Assembly: GCA_963845145.1 (NCBI GenBank)
Contig: CAWJQU010000018.1
Span: 1 to 56,644, forward strand
Direction: 5' to 3'
Origin: an uncultured delta proteobacterium
Lineage (GTDB): Bacteria > Desulfobacterota > Desulfobacteria > Desulfobacterales > QNYZ01
Length of the DNA: 56,644 nt
This document shows, one piece after another, positions 39,568-48,535 of this stretch; positions within the stretch are counted from its first letter, which is position 1; every line of letters starts with the position of its first letter. The position numbers were made by a program, and so were the translations under genes. Under the pieces are notes generated by a model that worked only from the letters and a program-made list of their open reading frames with translations, was not told the origin of the DNA and searched no databases.

Positions 39568-40692
39568 TTGGCCGGGATAAAAAAAACGAAGATTGCGACA
39601 ACCGAACCCCTAAGCATCTGTGAGGGATTTCCCATGTTTCCCGAAATGGGAACGATTCGCGCCGGATTGGACGGATCCGCAGCTGCCGGCTTATTACTTT
39701 CGCATCGAAAAAGGCATAAGGTATGGCACTACGCTTTGTATTTAGGGGTTTCATATGATTTCTTCTTCGGGCTTTGCGGACCTGCATTTGCAATGTCCAT
39801 GTTTGCTGAAGGTGAAGCGGAGACGGACTCTCTGACCCTTACCGTTGATGATGACGAGGTCAAGGCCGGAATGATTTTCGGGACCAACTTCGGCGTTACC
39901 ATGGATTTCGAGCTAAAACATCAGAACACTTATATTAAGTGGACTCCCTGGCCGCCCAAAACCTATCATGCCTGGAAAAGAGCATTTCACGTTTCGGCTG
40001 GCATCGAATTTGATTTTATCGACCTGATGTTCACGGTGATCAAGTTGATGTTAAACGAATCGGAAGAGCAGCCATTGTTGGCGAAAAGAAATAAACTCGA
40101 TAATGTCAATCAGGCCTATAAAACGTTTTGGGGATTTAATGACGAAAGCCGTCGAACCATGGGGCTTTCCGGAAAAATGCGGGCCAATCCGAAGATGATA
40201 ATACCCATAGACGTCGTTGATGAAATTCCGGCACTCCTGGCTATTGATGAATCATTGCATGCCCTATTGGGTGGCGTTGAATTCGGCCCGGAAGTGTATA
40301 TCGGTATCCCCGTCAATATCGCTATTCATCGTGTTTTTGTGGATGACAAGGAGTACGGTGATTTCAAGCCCCAAGACGATAAACTTGTGGGGCAAGCCGC
40401 TGACGATGGCGAGGTTGCAAGGCATCCTTCAAAGGTTAAGGTGGAGTTTAGTCATAGCAATGGCTTTGATCTTGGTGTGGGTCTTTTTTTCGGAATCAGT
40501 GTCCTAAAGCTGTTTCACATCAGCGCTTCACGTACGATCTCATTGATCGATAAATTCGGATTTCGAAATCACGGCAAAACCTACTACCATGAATTGAAAA
40601 ATGATATCGGCTCCGACACGGTTCCCGAATGCGACTGCGATAAGTATTCTACGCGTCTGGAAGTGATTCTAGAGCCTGAAGGCATTGCCTGA
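39568..40692 (+). CDS. Hypothetical beta-rich protein, no signal peptide
   Basis: 374-aa ORF with TTG start after AAGGAGG; overlaps the next gene. Confidence 0.8.
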   Translation: MAGIKKTKIATTEPLSICEGFPMFPEMGTIRAGLDGSAAAGLLLSHRKRHKVWHYALYLGVSYDFFFGLCGPAFAMSMFAEGEAETDSLTLTVDDDEVKAGMIFGTNFGVTMDFELKHQNTYIKWTPWPPKTYHAWKRAFHVSAGIEFDFIDLMFTVIKLMLNESEEQPLLAKRNKLDNVNQAYKTFWGFNDESRRTMGLSGKMRANPKMIIPIDVVDEIPALLAIDESLHALLGGVEFGPEVYIGIPVNIAIHRVFVDDKEYGDFKPQDDKLVGQAADDGEVARHPSKVKVEFSHSNGFDLGVGLFFGISVLKLFHISASRTISLIDKFGFRNHGKTYYHELKNDIGSDTVPECDCDKYSTRLEVILEPEGIA

Positions 40693-41890
40693 TATGACGG
40701 CCGACGACGGTAAACCTCCCGGGATCGAAACCAAAAGAGTGCAGACAACGGCGGCGTTTTTTGATTCATTGCGTTCGGAATCGTTAGAAGTACGTCTGGC
40801 GACTTTAAAAGCGATCGCACAGGCACCCGAAAAAGCGCTTTTATTCGGGAGCTATCAAGGGCGTGATGCCATTGATGAACTGTCCTACCAACTAACCGTT
40901 TCACCCAATATTTCTCTTCGGTGTTCCCTTTTCGCCGCTCTAGTGGCATTTGATGATCCCCGCGTGACAGTGTGTGCCCGCAACATATTTGCTTCCGATA
41001 AAGAGCCTTTTTTGGTTGTGGCGGCGGCCAGGCGACTGCGTCTTGAGCCGGAGAAGACCGTCATTGCGTATTTTGAACGATTTCTTTACGACGCCCCGAC
41101 ATCGCTACATGCCAAAGAAGCAGGCCGGGCCGTGATGTTGTGTCCCGCCATTGAAGATCAGGTCAAGCTTCGAGCAGCGCTGTTGGCCGGAGATGAAGCC
41201 TTATCTCCTCCACCGCTTACACCCGACACATTCGCCCTGTGGAAAGTCGAGCTCGAGGGCCCTCTGGCCGACAAAGCAAACGGGTTTCTCATTACCCAGG
41301 GCAAATCAGCGTTTGATACCTTAAAGGATCAATGGCATACACTTTCGGATTCAAATCGTATTTGGATATTAAATTGGGGCGCCGAAACTTTTCCTGCGGA
41401 AAGTGTGGCGCTGGTTCTTCAGGCGCTGGGGGCCGAATCCGAACAGGTTGTGACGGCCGGATTGGTAGCGATTGCGACACACTACGGGGATTGCAAACGA
41501 TTGTTCAAAGACGTGCTTGATAAGTTTTCAATCGAAACGCGTGGTTCGGCTTTTGTGCATGCGGCGATTCGTGCCGGTGTTCCCATCGGCAACCAATGGT
41601 CGCAATTGTACCTGCACGGGGACATGCCCACCAAGATAGCGCTGATTGAACGAATGGGCGAGGAAAAAGCCTCTGGGCGAACCGAACAGCTGTTGTCTCT
41701 TTTGGAAGATGATAATTGGCGTATTCGGTCTGTGGCGCGAGATGCCCTGATTCGATGTGGTGATATTTCGGTAAATCAGTTGAGCCTGCTGGCCCAAAGC
41801 GAAAGACCCTTTTTGAAATCGGCGGCGGTTCAAATATTACTCCAGATGGGAGAAGACGATCTGCTCCATAAAATCGTCAAATCGGTTTGA
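40685..41890 (+). CDS. HEAT-repeat protein
   Basis: EVRLATLKAIA, LLEDDNWRIRSVARDAL, FLKSAAVQIL helical repeats. Confidence 0.8.
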   Translation: MPDMTADDGKPPGIETKRVQTTAAFFDSLRSESLEVRLATLKAIAQAPEKALLFGSYQGRDAIDELSYQLTVSPNISLRCSLFAALVAFDDPRVTVCARNIFASDKEPFLVVAAARRLRLEPEKTVIAYFERFLYDAPTSLHAKEAGRAVMLCPAIEDQVKLRAALLAGDEALSPPPLTPDTFALWKVELEGPLADKANGFLITQGKSAFDTLKDQWHTLSDSNRIWILNWGAETFPAESVALVLQALGAESEQVVTAGLVAIATHYGDCKRLFKDVLDKFSIETRGSAFVHAAIRAGVPIGNQWSQLYLHGDMPTKIALIERMGEEKASGRTEQLLSLLEDDNWRIRSVARDALIRCGDISVNQLSLLAQSERPFLKSAAVQILLQMGEDDLLHKIVKSV

Positions 41891-41916
41891 TTGGGCTCCG
41901 TGTGAACAATATGGCC

Positions 41917-42243
41917 TTAAATACGTATATCGATCTGTCTATTTGTTCTCTCTATGGAGTTAATCGCGTACTTTTGATAGATCTTGGTAATGTTTGTTGG
42001 CGGCAATCTATCCTCATTGGGAGACGCTCTATGCAACAATTTAAGTTCTTGAGCCGATTTCTTTTCTATTGGTAAAGGCGGCCGATAGGGCACCATTTGA
42101 TAGTTTTGGCGCTCAACACGCTCTTTGGCGGCGAAACGTCTATTTGAAGATGGGGGCGATCCTATTCGCTCCTGGCCGTTCTGTAAAGGCCATTTTACGA
42201 AGGATGATTTTTGATAGGTGGTCGGGTCAATTCTCATCTGCAT
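41917..42243 (-). CDS. Small hypothetical protein, possibly flagellum-associated
   Basis: Ends NRQIDIRI, matching the C-terminus of the FliK-like protein; same strand as the flagellar genes. Confidence 0.55.
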   Translation of the reverse strand: MQMRIDPTTYQKSSFVKWPLQNGQERIGSPPSSNRRFAAKERVERQNYQMVPYRPPLPIEKKSAQELKLLHRASPNEDRLPPTNITKIYQKYAINSIERTNRQIDIRI

Positions 42244-42350
42244 ATCCGAAAGTGGAGATAGTAAAAGTCCCCAATATTTCGATTAACGATATAGCCTATT
42301 ATAATTGTTTGGAATTTGCAATCATAAAACAGATGAGTAAAGAATATTAT

Positions 42351-42695
42351 TTAAACCAAATAGTATTCTTCAACCATTGAAGCGATGATTTTGCGATCAC
42401 TGGGGGAGATTTTGATAAACTCGACGCCCAGCGCATTGTAGATCGTCTCGTTAGAAATAATTTTACCCGACCATACCTCTTCACAGGTCACTGACATTTC
42501 ATGGTTTTCAGATGACTTGAGTGTAATCTCGAATTCGTCACCTATATCGGGCTTTTCTAAAAATAAGATAACCGCAAGGCCGCTAACACTGATATCTGCG
42601 GTTTTACCTTCCATGCTGCCTTGCCGTGTTTTTAAAACAGCGGTCACGGCTAGCGGGGCCCGAAGATGACGGCGCCTTTCCATTTCTTTTTTCAT
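42351..42695 (-). CDS. Single-domain PilZ c-di-GMP receptor
   Basis: RxxxR (ERRRHLR) and DxSxxG (DISVSG). Confidence 0.9.
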   Translation of the reverse strand: MKKEMERRRHLRAPLAVTAVLKTRQGSMEGKTADISVSGLAVILFLEKPDIGDEFEITLKSSENHEMSVTCEEVWSGKIISNETIYNALGVEFIKISPSDRKIIASMVEEYYLV

Positions 42696-42826
42696 ATTTT
42701 GGTATCACCTGTTTTAAATGAGATGGGGGCTATTACCAAAGAAATGTATCAAAATATTAAATCGAATTTTACATGATCTGACTATTTTATCAAGAAACGA
42801 TTTACATCAATAGGGTAAACTGTCGA

Positions 42827-43087
42827 TCAGATTTGCTGATTGAGCCGATAAACGAAGGCGAGTACTTCGGCTACAGCGCGATAGAGTTCCGGAGGGATTT
42901 CCGTCTCGAGATCCAGCGCTTCGAGGATTTGAGCCAGGTTTTGGTCTTCTACCATGGGGATGTCGTTTTCTTTGGCGATAGCGATTATTTTCTCTGCCAG
43001 TTGATTTTTCCCTTTGGCCACAATTTTTGGCGCACGATCAAGGGTTTTATCATATTTAAGCGCAACCGCTTTTTTAGGGGGTTTCAT
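42827..43087 (-). CDS. Stand-alone FlhB C-terminal-domain protein (FlhX/YlqH-like)
   Basis: AVALKY...APKIVAKG...IPPELYRAVAEVLAFVY; no NPTH site or TM region. Confidence 0.92.
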   Translation of the reverse strand: MKPPKKAVALKYDKTLDRAPKIVAKGKNQLAEKIIAIAKENDIPMVEDQNLAQILEALDLETEIPPELYRAVAEVLAFVYRLNQQI

Positions 43088-43089
43088 TA

Positions 43090-44349
43090 TCAGGCCTTAA
43101 TGTCGATTTGCCGGTTGGACGTCGGCCCAAAATCTTCGGTATCAAAACGTTCGATTTTTTTATCCGATACCATGGCATTGATATAAAAATGGTCAAAAGT
43201 CGTTACCAGGGCATCCGTCAGCTCATCATAATTGGCTTCAATCAGCTGGCGGGTATCCTCATTCTTTACAAAAAAAGTGATATTCAAATCCTTGTTAACA
43301 GGAACCAGATCCGCTCGGACCGTTCCCAAACGGTCCATATCCAGAAGAAGCGATACCCGATGCGATCCCGCCTTTTGGCCGACTTTTTTCTTTGGATAAT
43401 ATACTTTAATTCGGGATTTTTGTTCACTGTCCTGAAAGGGAAGGGTGTAAGAAAATACCTGGAGCATGTCGGGGTCATTGGGCCGATTCGTCGACACTTC
43501 CTGCTGTTGATGCACATTTGAAAGAAGTTGTTCGACAGAGCTTTGAATCCGTTGCAGCCCTTTTGGGTCGATAATTTTATCCATCACCTCCGGGTCTGAA
43601 AGATAGTTTTTCAGGATAAGCAAATTCGGCTTTAAATCTTTTGATAGAATATGTTTTATATCGGTTGATGTGCCAATATCCCCGGTGGAAACTTTTTCTG
43701 AAGTTCGTGCCAATTGTGTGATCACATCTTCAATTTTCTTTTCGAAAAAGATACCCGAATCTTCAACAAAAGATTTTAGTTGTGAGACTTGGTTAAATAT
43801 ATCTTGCCCAACAGGCATGGGTTTAAAAAACGTGGTAATTTTTTCCAAAGAGTGTTGAATGTTGGGTGGGAATTTCTGTCCTTCAGGTTGGATTGTGTTT
43901 TTACTTAAAAGGGTTTTTATATCAGCAAGCAACTCCTTATAGACTTTATCCGGTAATATTTCAAAATGTCTTACCGCTTGACTTGCTTGGGTTTGTACTT
44001 CCGTTAATTGTGGTGCTATTTGACTTGGCAAGGCCGTCTTCGATGTGTTCGACACGTTAGAAACCGGTGCTTCCCTGTTATCGGGCAAGATAACTTTCAC
44101 GGCCAGTTGGTCGCCCTTTTTTTCTAAGACAAAATCGAGAACCTGCCCCTTTTCAACCGGTATCGCGATTTTAGCCGCTGCCCGAAAATTACCGAAATCG
44201 ATCAGAACCTTTCCGTCCAAATCGGCCTGAATGACCCGTCCCGTTACCGTAAGGTTGGATTTTAGCCCTGATTTTAGATCGGATAAATCAGTTGGGAGCT
44301 GTTTTTGTATGGGTGAAACGGTCGCTTGAAGGAGGGCTGAGATGTCCAT
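43090..44349 (-). CDS. FliK-like hook-length control family protein (YlqG-like)
   Basis: Low-complexity middle; C-terminal SLLLDMDRLGTVRADL...LNITFFV domain; directly upstream of the FlhB-C gene. Confidence 0.75.
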   Translation of the reverse strand: MDISALLQATVSPIQKQLPTDLSDLKSGLKSNLTVTGRVIQADLDGKVLIDFGNFRAAAKIAIPVEKGQVLDFVLEKKGDQLAVKVILPDNREAPVSNVSNTSKTALPSQIAPQLTEVQTQASQAVRHFEILPDKVYKELLADIKTLLSKNTIQPEGQKFPPNIQHSLEKITTFFKPMPVGQDIFNQVSQLKSFVEDSGIFFEKKIEDVITQLARTSEKVSTGDIGTSTDIKHILSKDLKPNLLILKNYLSDPEVMDKIIDPKGLQRIQSSVEQLLSNVHQQQEVSTNRPNDPDMLQVFSYTLPFQDSEQKSRIKVYYPKKKVGQKAGSHRVSLLLDMDRLGTVRADLVPVNKDLNITFFVKNEDTRQLIEANYDELTDALVTTFDHFYINAMVSDKKIERFDTEDFGPTSNRQIDIKA

Positions 44350-44402
44350 GATACTCTCAATAGTCTTCTTTGGATGGTCGGGTCCGGCAAAACCTTATTT
44401 AC

Positions 44403-44588
44403 ACCTAAATTGAGCGATTTTTTACTCGCTCTGCACCAATCTATTGAGCACTAAGGCTTTCAAAAATACTCAGCATATCCACGGATATGCACCCCAAGGG
44501 CATTCCTACGGGGCACCTCCGTTTTTTGAAAACCTTATCATCTCAATATCTCGGCACATAGCTTCGCAAAAAATCGCTCAACTTAGGT
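44403..44588. mobile_element. 186-bp palindromic MITE/REP-like element
   Basis: 21-bp terminal inverted repeats (20/21) plus nested internal inverted repeats; partial second copy at 49641-49688. Confidence 0.75.
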
Positions 44589-44653
44589 TGCATTGTCATC
44601 TGATAATAGAAATACGTTTCAAGTACAAGAATTATTTAACATTAACCCTGGTA

Positions 44654-45505
44654 TCATTGCAGCATCTGTGAAAAGTCTTCGGCATCGTCAAAGGCCTTTT
44701 TGATAATCTCCGATATTTCTGGATTTGAAAAACTGAATTTTGTCTTGCAGACATGTACCATCTCCGTGGCGCCATTGAAATCGGTATTGGTTTTTAGTCC
44801 GGAAACGATTTTAATTGCCGGGTCGACTTCGGACGCATCAAAATCAAGGTGATGGCTGGCAATGGCTTGGATTAAATAATTGGGGAGCTCCCAATTTTTG
44901 GCCACCAGGGCGCCGATCTGCTGGTGATCAAATCCGAGGGACTCTTTTTCAAGTTCTTCAAGCTTTATCGAATCATCTGCATCCCAATCACTGAGTACGC
45001 GACCATACTCAGTTCCTTTATACTTGGCCAAAAAAGGAACCGCCATATCCTGAAGCAGGCCTGCTGTAAATGCCTCTGACTGCGTTTTCGGATGCAGATA
45101 CTGCGCAAGGGCACGTGCTAATGAAGCCCGACGTGCGGCGGCAAGCCAGAAACCGTTCATATCGTGACCGTTCAGACGCATTGTCGGAAGCGAGTCTTTG
45201 ACCGCCAGAGAGAGGACGATCGCTTCAAGCCTTGATTTACCGAGTAGGGTAACCGCGTGTTGAATATTGCTGATTTTCGATGATAACCCGAAAGCGGCCG
45301 AATTTACCATTGTCAGGACTCTGACATTTATGCCCGGATCGACTTGCACGGTATTGGCAATGTCACCCATGGAAATATCGGGTTTCCTGAGCATGGACAA
45401 GACATTCATCACGGTAGCAGGAAAACTGGGGAGTTTAAACCCATCGATGATTTTTTGTAGATCTTGCGAGGACTTCTTTCTTTTTTTCTTGAATAGTTTT
45501 AGCAT
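44654..45505 (-). CDS. HDOD domain signalling protein
   Basis: LPSFP, DPG...VNSAAFG, AVTLLG, AFTAGLLQD, W-ELP...IASHH. Confidence 0.93.
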   Translation of the reverse strand: MLKLFKKKRKKSSQDLQKIIDGFKLPSFPATVMNVLSMLRKPDISMGDIANTVQVDPGINVRVLTMVNSAAFGLSSKISNIQHAVTLLGKSRLEAIVLSLAVKDSLPTMRLNGHDMNGFWLAAARRASLARALAQYLHPKTQSEAFTAGLLQDMAVPFLAKYKGTEYGRVLSDWDADDSIKLEELEKESLGFDHQQIGALVAKNWELPNYLIQAIASHHLDFDASEVDPAIKIVSGLKTNTDFNGATEMVHVCKTKFSFSNPEISEIIKKAFDDAEDFSQMLQ

Positions 45506-45508
45506 GTG

Positions 45509-46600
45509 CTAATCAGCCCTTCTAGACATTTTATTGGCAAATATTGACAAAAGCCCCCCCAACATCACATATCCTAGTAACACTTCCAGCATGGCAATCA
45601 TCTGTGCGCTTGCGGAAGCCGGGACAACATCCCCATAACCTAGGCTTGTCAGGGTAACCACACTATAATAAAAAGGAGAAAGCCAGGTTTTATACTGGCC
45701 AAAATTGACATCCGTGACCGTGTACAGCAATCCGAACAAAAGGACTAAGAGAAAGGTCCAAAAGCACCATCTGGCGATGCTTCGTCCGCAATCGCTTGTG
45801 ATCCACCAGATATTGTAAAGAAGAGATGTGAGTCTGCTGCGATGTTTGAATTCATATAAAAAATTTTGATCAATGATAAAGCGTCGCATCAGGTAAGCGC
45901 CCGAAAAGTTAACATCTCTGATGTCAACCCCGATCCAATTGGCATTCTCAAACCCGGTCAAAGCGCGAAGCCGGGCCCGCCTCAAATCAGCATTCTTAAA
46001 ACTGGCCTCACTCACATTACACAATGACATATCCGCATCTTTAAGCTGGGCATGGGTGAAATCGGCTCGCTGCAGTTGGGCCTCCCTCAATCTAGCCCCA
46101 TTTAGCACAGCTGCCTTAAAATCAGTGCCATTGAGACATGCGAGAGATAAGGTTGCGTTTTCAAAATTCGCATTGAATAATTTCGCGTTTTCCAGATTGG
46201 CCATACCGAAACCCGTGTTTTTTGCACTGACGTTGCCCATTTCCGCTTGAGATAAATCAGCGCCGGCGAGTTCTGCGCCATCAAGGATTGCATTATTCAA
46301 GTGAACACCCTTCATATTGGCTTGAAACAATCTCGCATTGGACAGATCGGCGCCGGTCAGGTCTTTACCGGCCAGGTCAATACCGGTTAGGTCCATACCG
46401 GCCAGATTCATACCGGCCAAATTTATGCCGGTCAGGTCAGCGCCAACCAAATCTGAACCGTCCAAATCTTGGTTGGATAGTTTTGAATTTCTTAAATGCT
46501 TTTGATTAAACGAATCACTCCGGGCAACGCTATTGTCGATAGCGCCCGTTTTATCCTCGCCTAAGGCATCGATCTCTATTCGCTTTTGTACGGTGTCCAT
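45509..46600 (-). CDS. Pentapeptide-repeat protein fused to a 2-TM K+ channel pore (Ion_trans_2)
   Basis: Long A(D/N)LxG repeats, then TM-FYYSVVTLTSLGYGDVVP-TM. Confidence 0.9.
   Translation of the reverse strand: MDTVQKRIEIDALGEDKTGAIDNSVARSDSFNQKHLRNSKLSNQDLDGSDLVGADLTGINLAGMNLAGMDLTGIDLAGKDLTGADLSNARLFQANMKGVHLNNAILDGAELAGADLSQAEMGNVSAKNTGFGMANLENAKLFNANFENATLSLACLNGTDFKAAVLNGARLREAQLQRADFTHAQLKDADMSLCNVSEASFKNADLRRARLRALTGFENANWIGVDIRDVNFSGAYLMRRFIIDQNFLYEFKHRSRLTSLLYNIWWITSDCGRSIARWCFWTFLLVLLFGLLYTVTDVNFGQYKTWLSPFYYSVVTLTSLGYGDVVPASASAQMIAMLEVLLGYVMLGGLLSIFANKMSRRAD
46353..46442. repeat. Six 15-bp tandem units encoding pentapeptide repeats
   Basis: CCGGYYARRT units at 46353, 46368, 46383, 46398, 46413 and 46428. 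Confidence 0.8.
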
Positions 46601-46683
46601 TTATCTGCATCACCCGCTTATCGAATGGTTTTTTCGATAAAAATATTCAAATACGATTTCCACCTATTATCGCTATAATTGTT

Positions 46684-46711
46684 ATATCGGCCGGAGAGGC
46701 CATTAGCTTTA
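46684..46711 (-). promoter_or_regulatory. sigma28 (FliA/SigD) promoter
   Basis: Minus strand TAAA-16 nt-GCCGATAT, ending 83 nt upstream of ATG 46600. Confidence 0.8.
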
Positions 46712-46754
46712 TTTTATTTTTATCAAACAGCTAAAGAAAAGGCGGTAATTAGGA

Positions 46755-48035
46755 CTATTTTGCCACCAATCCGGCCAACCACATGGTTAAGGGGGCGTAA
46801 AAACTGATGATCAACAGATCGACGATCAGTACCGCCAAAAAGGGTAGGACCCGCCGACTGATGGCACTTAAGCTATCTCCGGATATGGAACACGACACAA
46901 TCAGACAGATGCCCATGGGGGGCGTGAGCATGCCGATGGCCAGATTGGCCACCACGATGGCCCCCAGTTGGATCAAGTCGATCCCTAATGAAGGGAGCAT
47001 TGCGGTGATCATGGGAACCAGCAGGATGAGTGCTGCGGTGGTTTCAACAAAAGTCCCGGCAATCAAAAGAATCAGGTTGATCAATAGTAATAGAGCGGTG
47101 GGATGGTCAGTGATGCTGAGAAGGGTACCGGCCAGGCGGGCGGGAATATCTTCGATAGCGGCAATCCAGCTGAATACGGAAGCCGTGGTAATGATAAACA
47201 TCACGATGGATGAGGTGATGGCGGCATCGATAAAAAGGGGAACGAGATCCTTGGGCTTGATCTTGCGATAGACCAAGAGACCAACGACCAATGCGTAAAC
47301 AACCGCCACGGCGGCGGATTCGGTGGCGGTAAAAATACCGAACAGGATGCCCCCAAGGATAATGGTCGGAGCGCCCAGGGCAATGAATGCGCGCCGAAAA
47401 GTGTGGCCCACTTCAATCAGCGAAAACCCGGTAGTGGCGGCATAGCCTTTTTTAGATGAAATATAGGTGGAGACGGCGATCAATGAACATCCGATCAGTA
47501 CGCCCGGCAGGATACCGGCGGCGAAGAGCTGGCCAATGGAGGCTCCCGTTAAAAATCCAAAAATAATCATGGGAATGGATGGGGGGATAATAACGCCAAT
47601 GGAGCCCCCCGAGGCCTGAACCGCGGCGGCAAAATCCGATTCATAACCGGACTTTTTCATGGCCGGGATTAAGATCGCGCCCACGGCAGCGGTATCGGCG
47701 GCGGCGGATCCGGAAATGCCGGCAAAAAACATGGCCGAAACAATGGTAACGGCTGCCAAACCACCTGGCAGCCAGCCGACTAACGAATTGGCAAAATCGA
47801 TGATCCGGCGGCTGATGCCTCCCGCTTCCATGAGGGCGCCGGTAAACATGAAAAGCGGCACCGCCATTAAATGAAACGAATCGGTCCCGCCGAACATGCG
47901 TTGAACCACCATCATCATGGTGAAATCACCCTGGATAAAGATGGCTAAAAGGGACGCGACGCCGATGGCAATGGCAATGGGCGTGTTAATGGCAAATAAG
48001 AATAAAAGTGAGATTAAGAGGATTTCAGTCGTCAT
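46755..48035 (-). CDS. dctM: TRAP large permease
   Basis: AVPLFMFTG, FAGISGSAAAD, IIPPSIP, TATESAA, TPPMG; start MTTEI at 48035. Confidence 0.95.
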   Translation of the reverse strand: MTTEILLISLLFLFAINTPIAIAIGVASLLAIFIQGDFTMMMVVQRMFGGTDSFHLMAVPLFMFTGALMEAGGISRRIIDFANSLVGWLPGGLAAVTIVSAMFFAGISGSAAADTAAVGAILIPAMKKSGYESDFAAAVQASGGSIGVIIPPSIPMIIFGFLTGASIGQLFAAGILPGVLIGCSLIAVSTYISSKKGYAATTGFSLIEVGHTFRRAFIALGAPTIILGGILFGIFTATESAAVAVVYALVVGLLVYRKIKPKDLVPLFIDAAITSSIVMFIITTASVFSWIAAIEDIPARLAGTLLSITDHPTALLLLINLILLIAGTFVETTAALILLVPMITAMLPSLGIDLIQLGAIVVANLAIGMLTPPMGICLIVSCSISGDSLSAISRRVLPFLAVLIVDLLIISFYAPLTMWLAGLVAK

Positions 48036-48511
48036 GGGTGTTTTTTGGTCAGCAAGGTGGCGATGAAGGCCATGCCGTGTATCAAAAAAATAAGGCCACA
48101 GACGGGGATAATCCCCAGAATGATCCATTTGGGCAGGTTTAGGGCCGGTGAAATTTGCAGGCGAACGAAATGGGCGAACTGGTAGCCGTAAATCGTCATG
48201 ACCCAAAACAGGGCCATGGAAACCAAATAGGTGATCAGTTTAAATGTTTTCTGGTATGGGCCGGGCAAGCGTATGTAAAAAAAATCCACACCCGGATGAA
48301 CTTTGCGCCGATAGGCCGCAGTGGCCCCCAAAAAGGTCAGCCAGACGAGCAGGTAGCGGGCCAGCTCTTCGGACCAAAACAGGGATTGATTGAGCGCATA
48401 CCGGAAAAAAACCTGCAAGGCCACAATAACGGCCATTGAAATGCCGAGGCCGAAAAGCAGGTACTCAACCCAATGGTTGATTGAAAGGCTAACGCGGTCG
48501 AATTTGTTCAA
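48032..48511 (-). CDS. dctQ: TRAP small permease
   Basis: QVFFRY...WSEELARYLLVWLTFLG; 4 TM. Confidence 0.93.
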   Translation of the reverse strand: MNKFDRVSLSINHWVEYLLFGLGISMAVIVALQVFFRYALNQSLFWSEELARYLLVWLTFLGATAAYRRKVHPGVDFFYIRLPGPYQKTFKLITYLVSMALFWVMTIYGYQFAHFVRLQISPALNLPKWIILGIIPVCGLIFLIHGMAFIATLLTKKHP

Positions 48512-48535
48512 AGGGCAGCTCCTAACCCTTTTCGG

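Noticed and set aside
44377..44403. sigma28 promoter for the FliK-like gene (TAAA-N15-CCCGACCA)
   Set aside because: Only 5/8 match at -10; plausible from context but too weak to call.
44444..44671. 75-aa plus-strand ORF
   Set aside because: It runs through the palindromic repeat element; TTG start with no RBS.
46353..46442. CRISPR-like array
   Set aside because: 15-bp in-frame coding repeats with no spacers and no cas genes.
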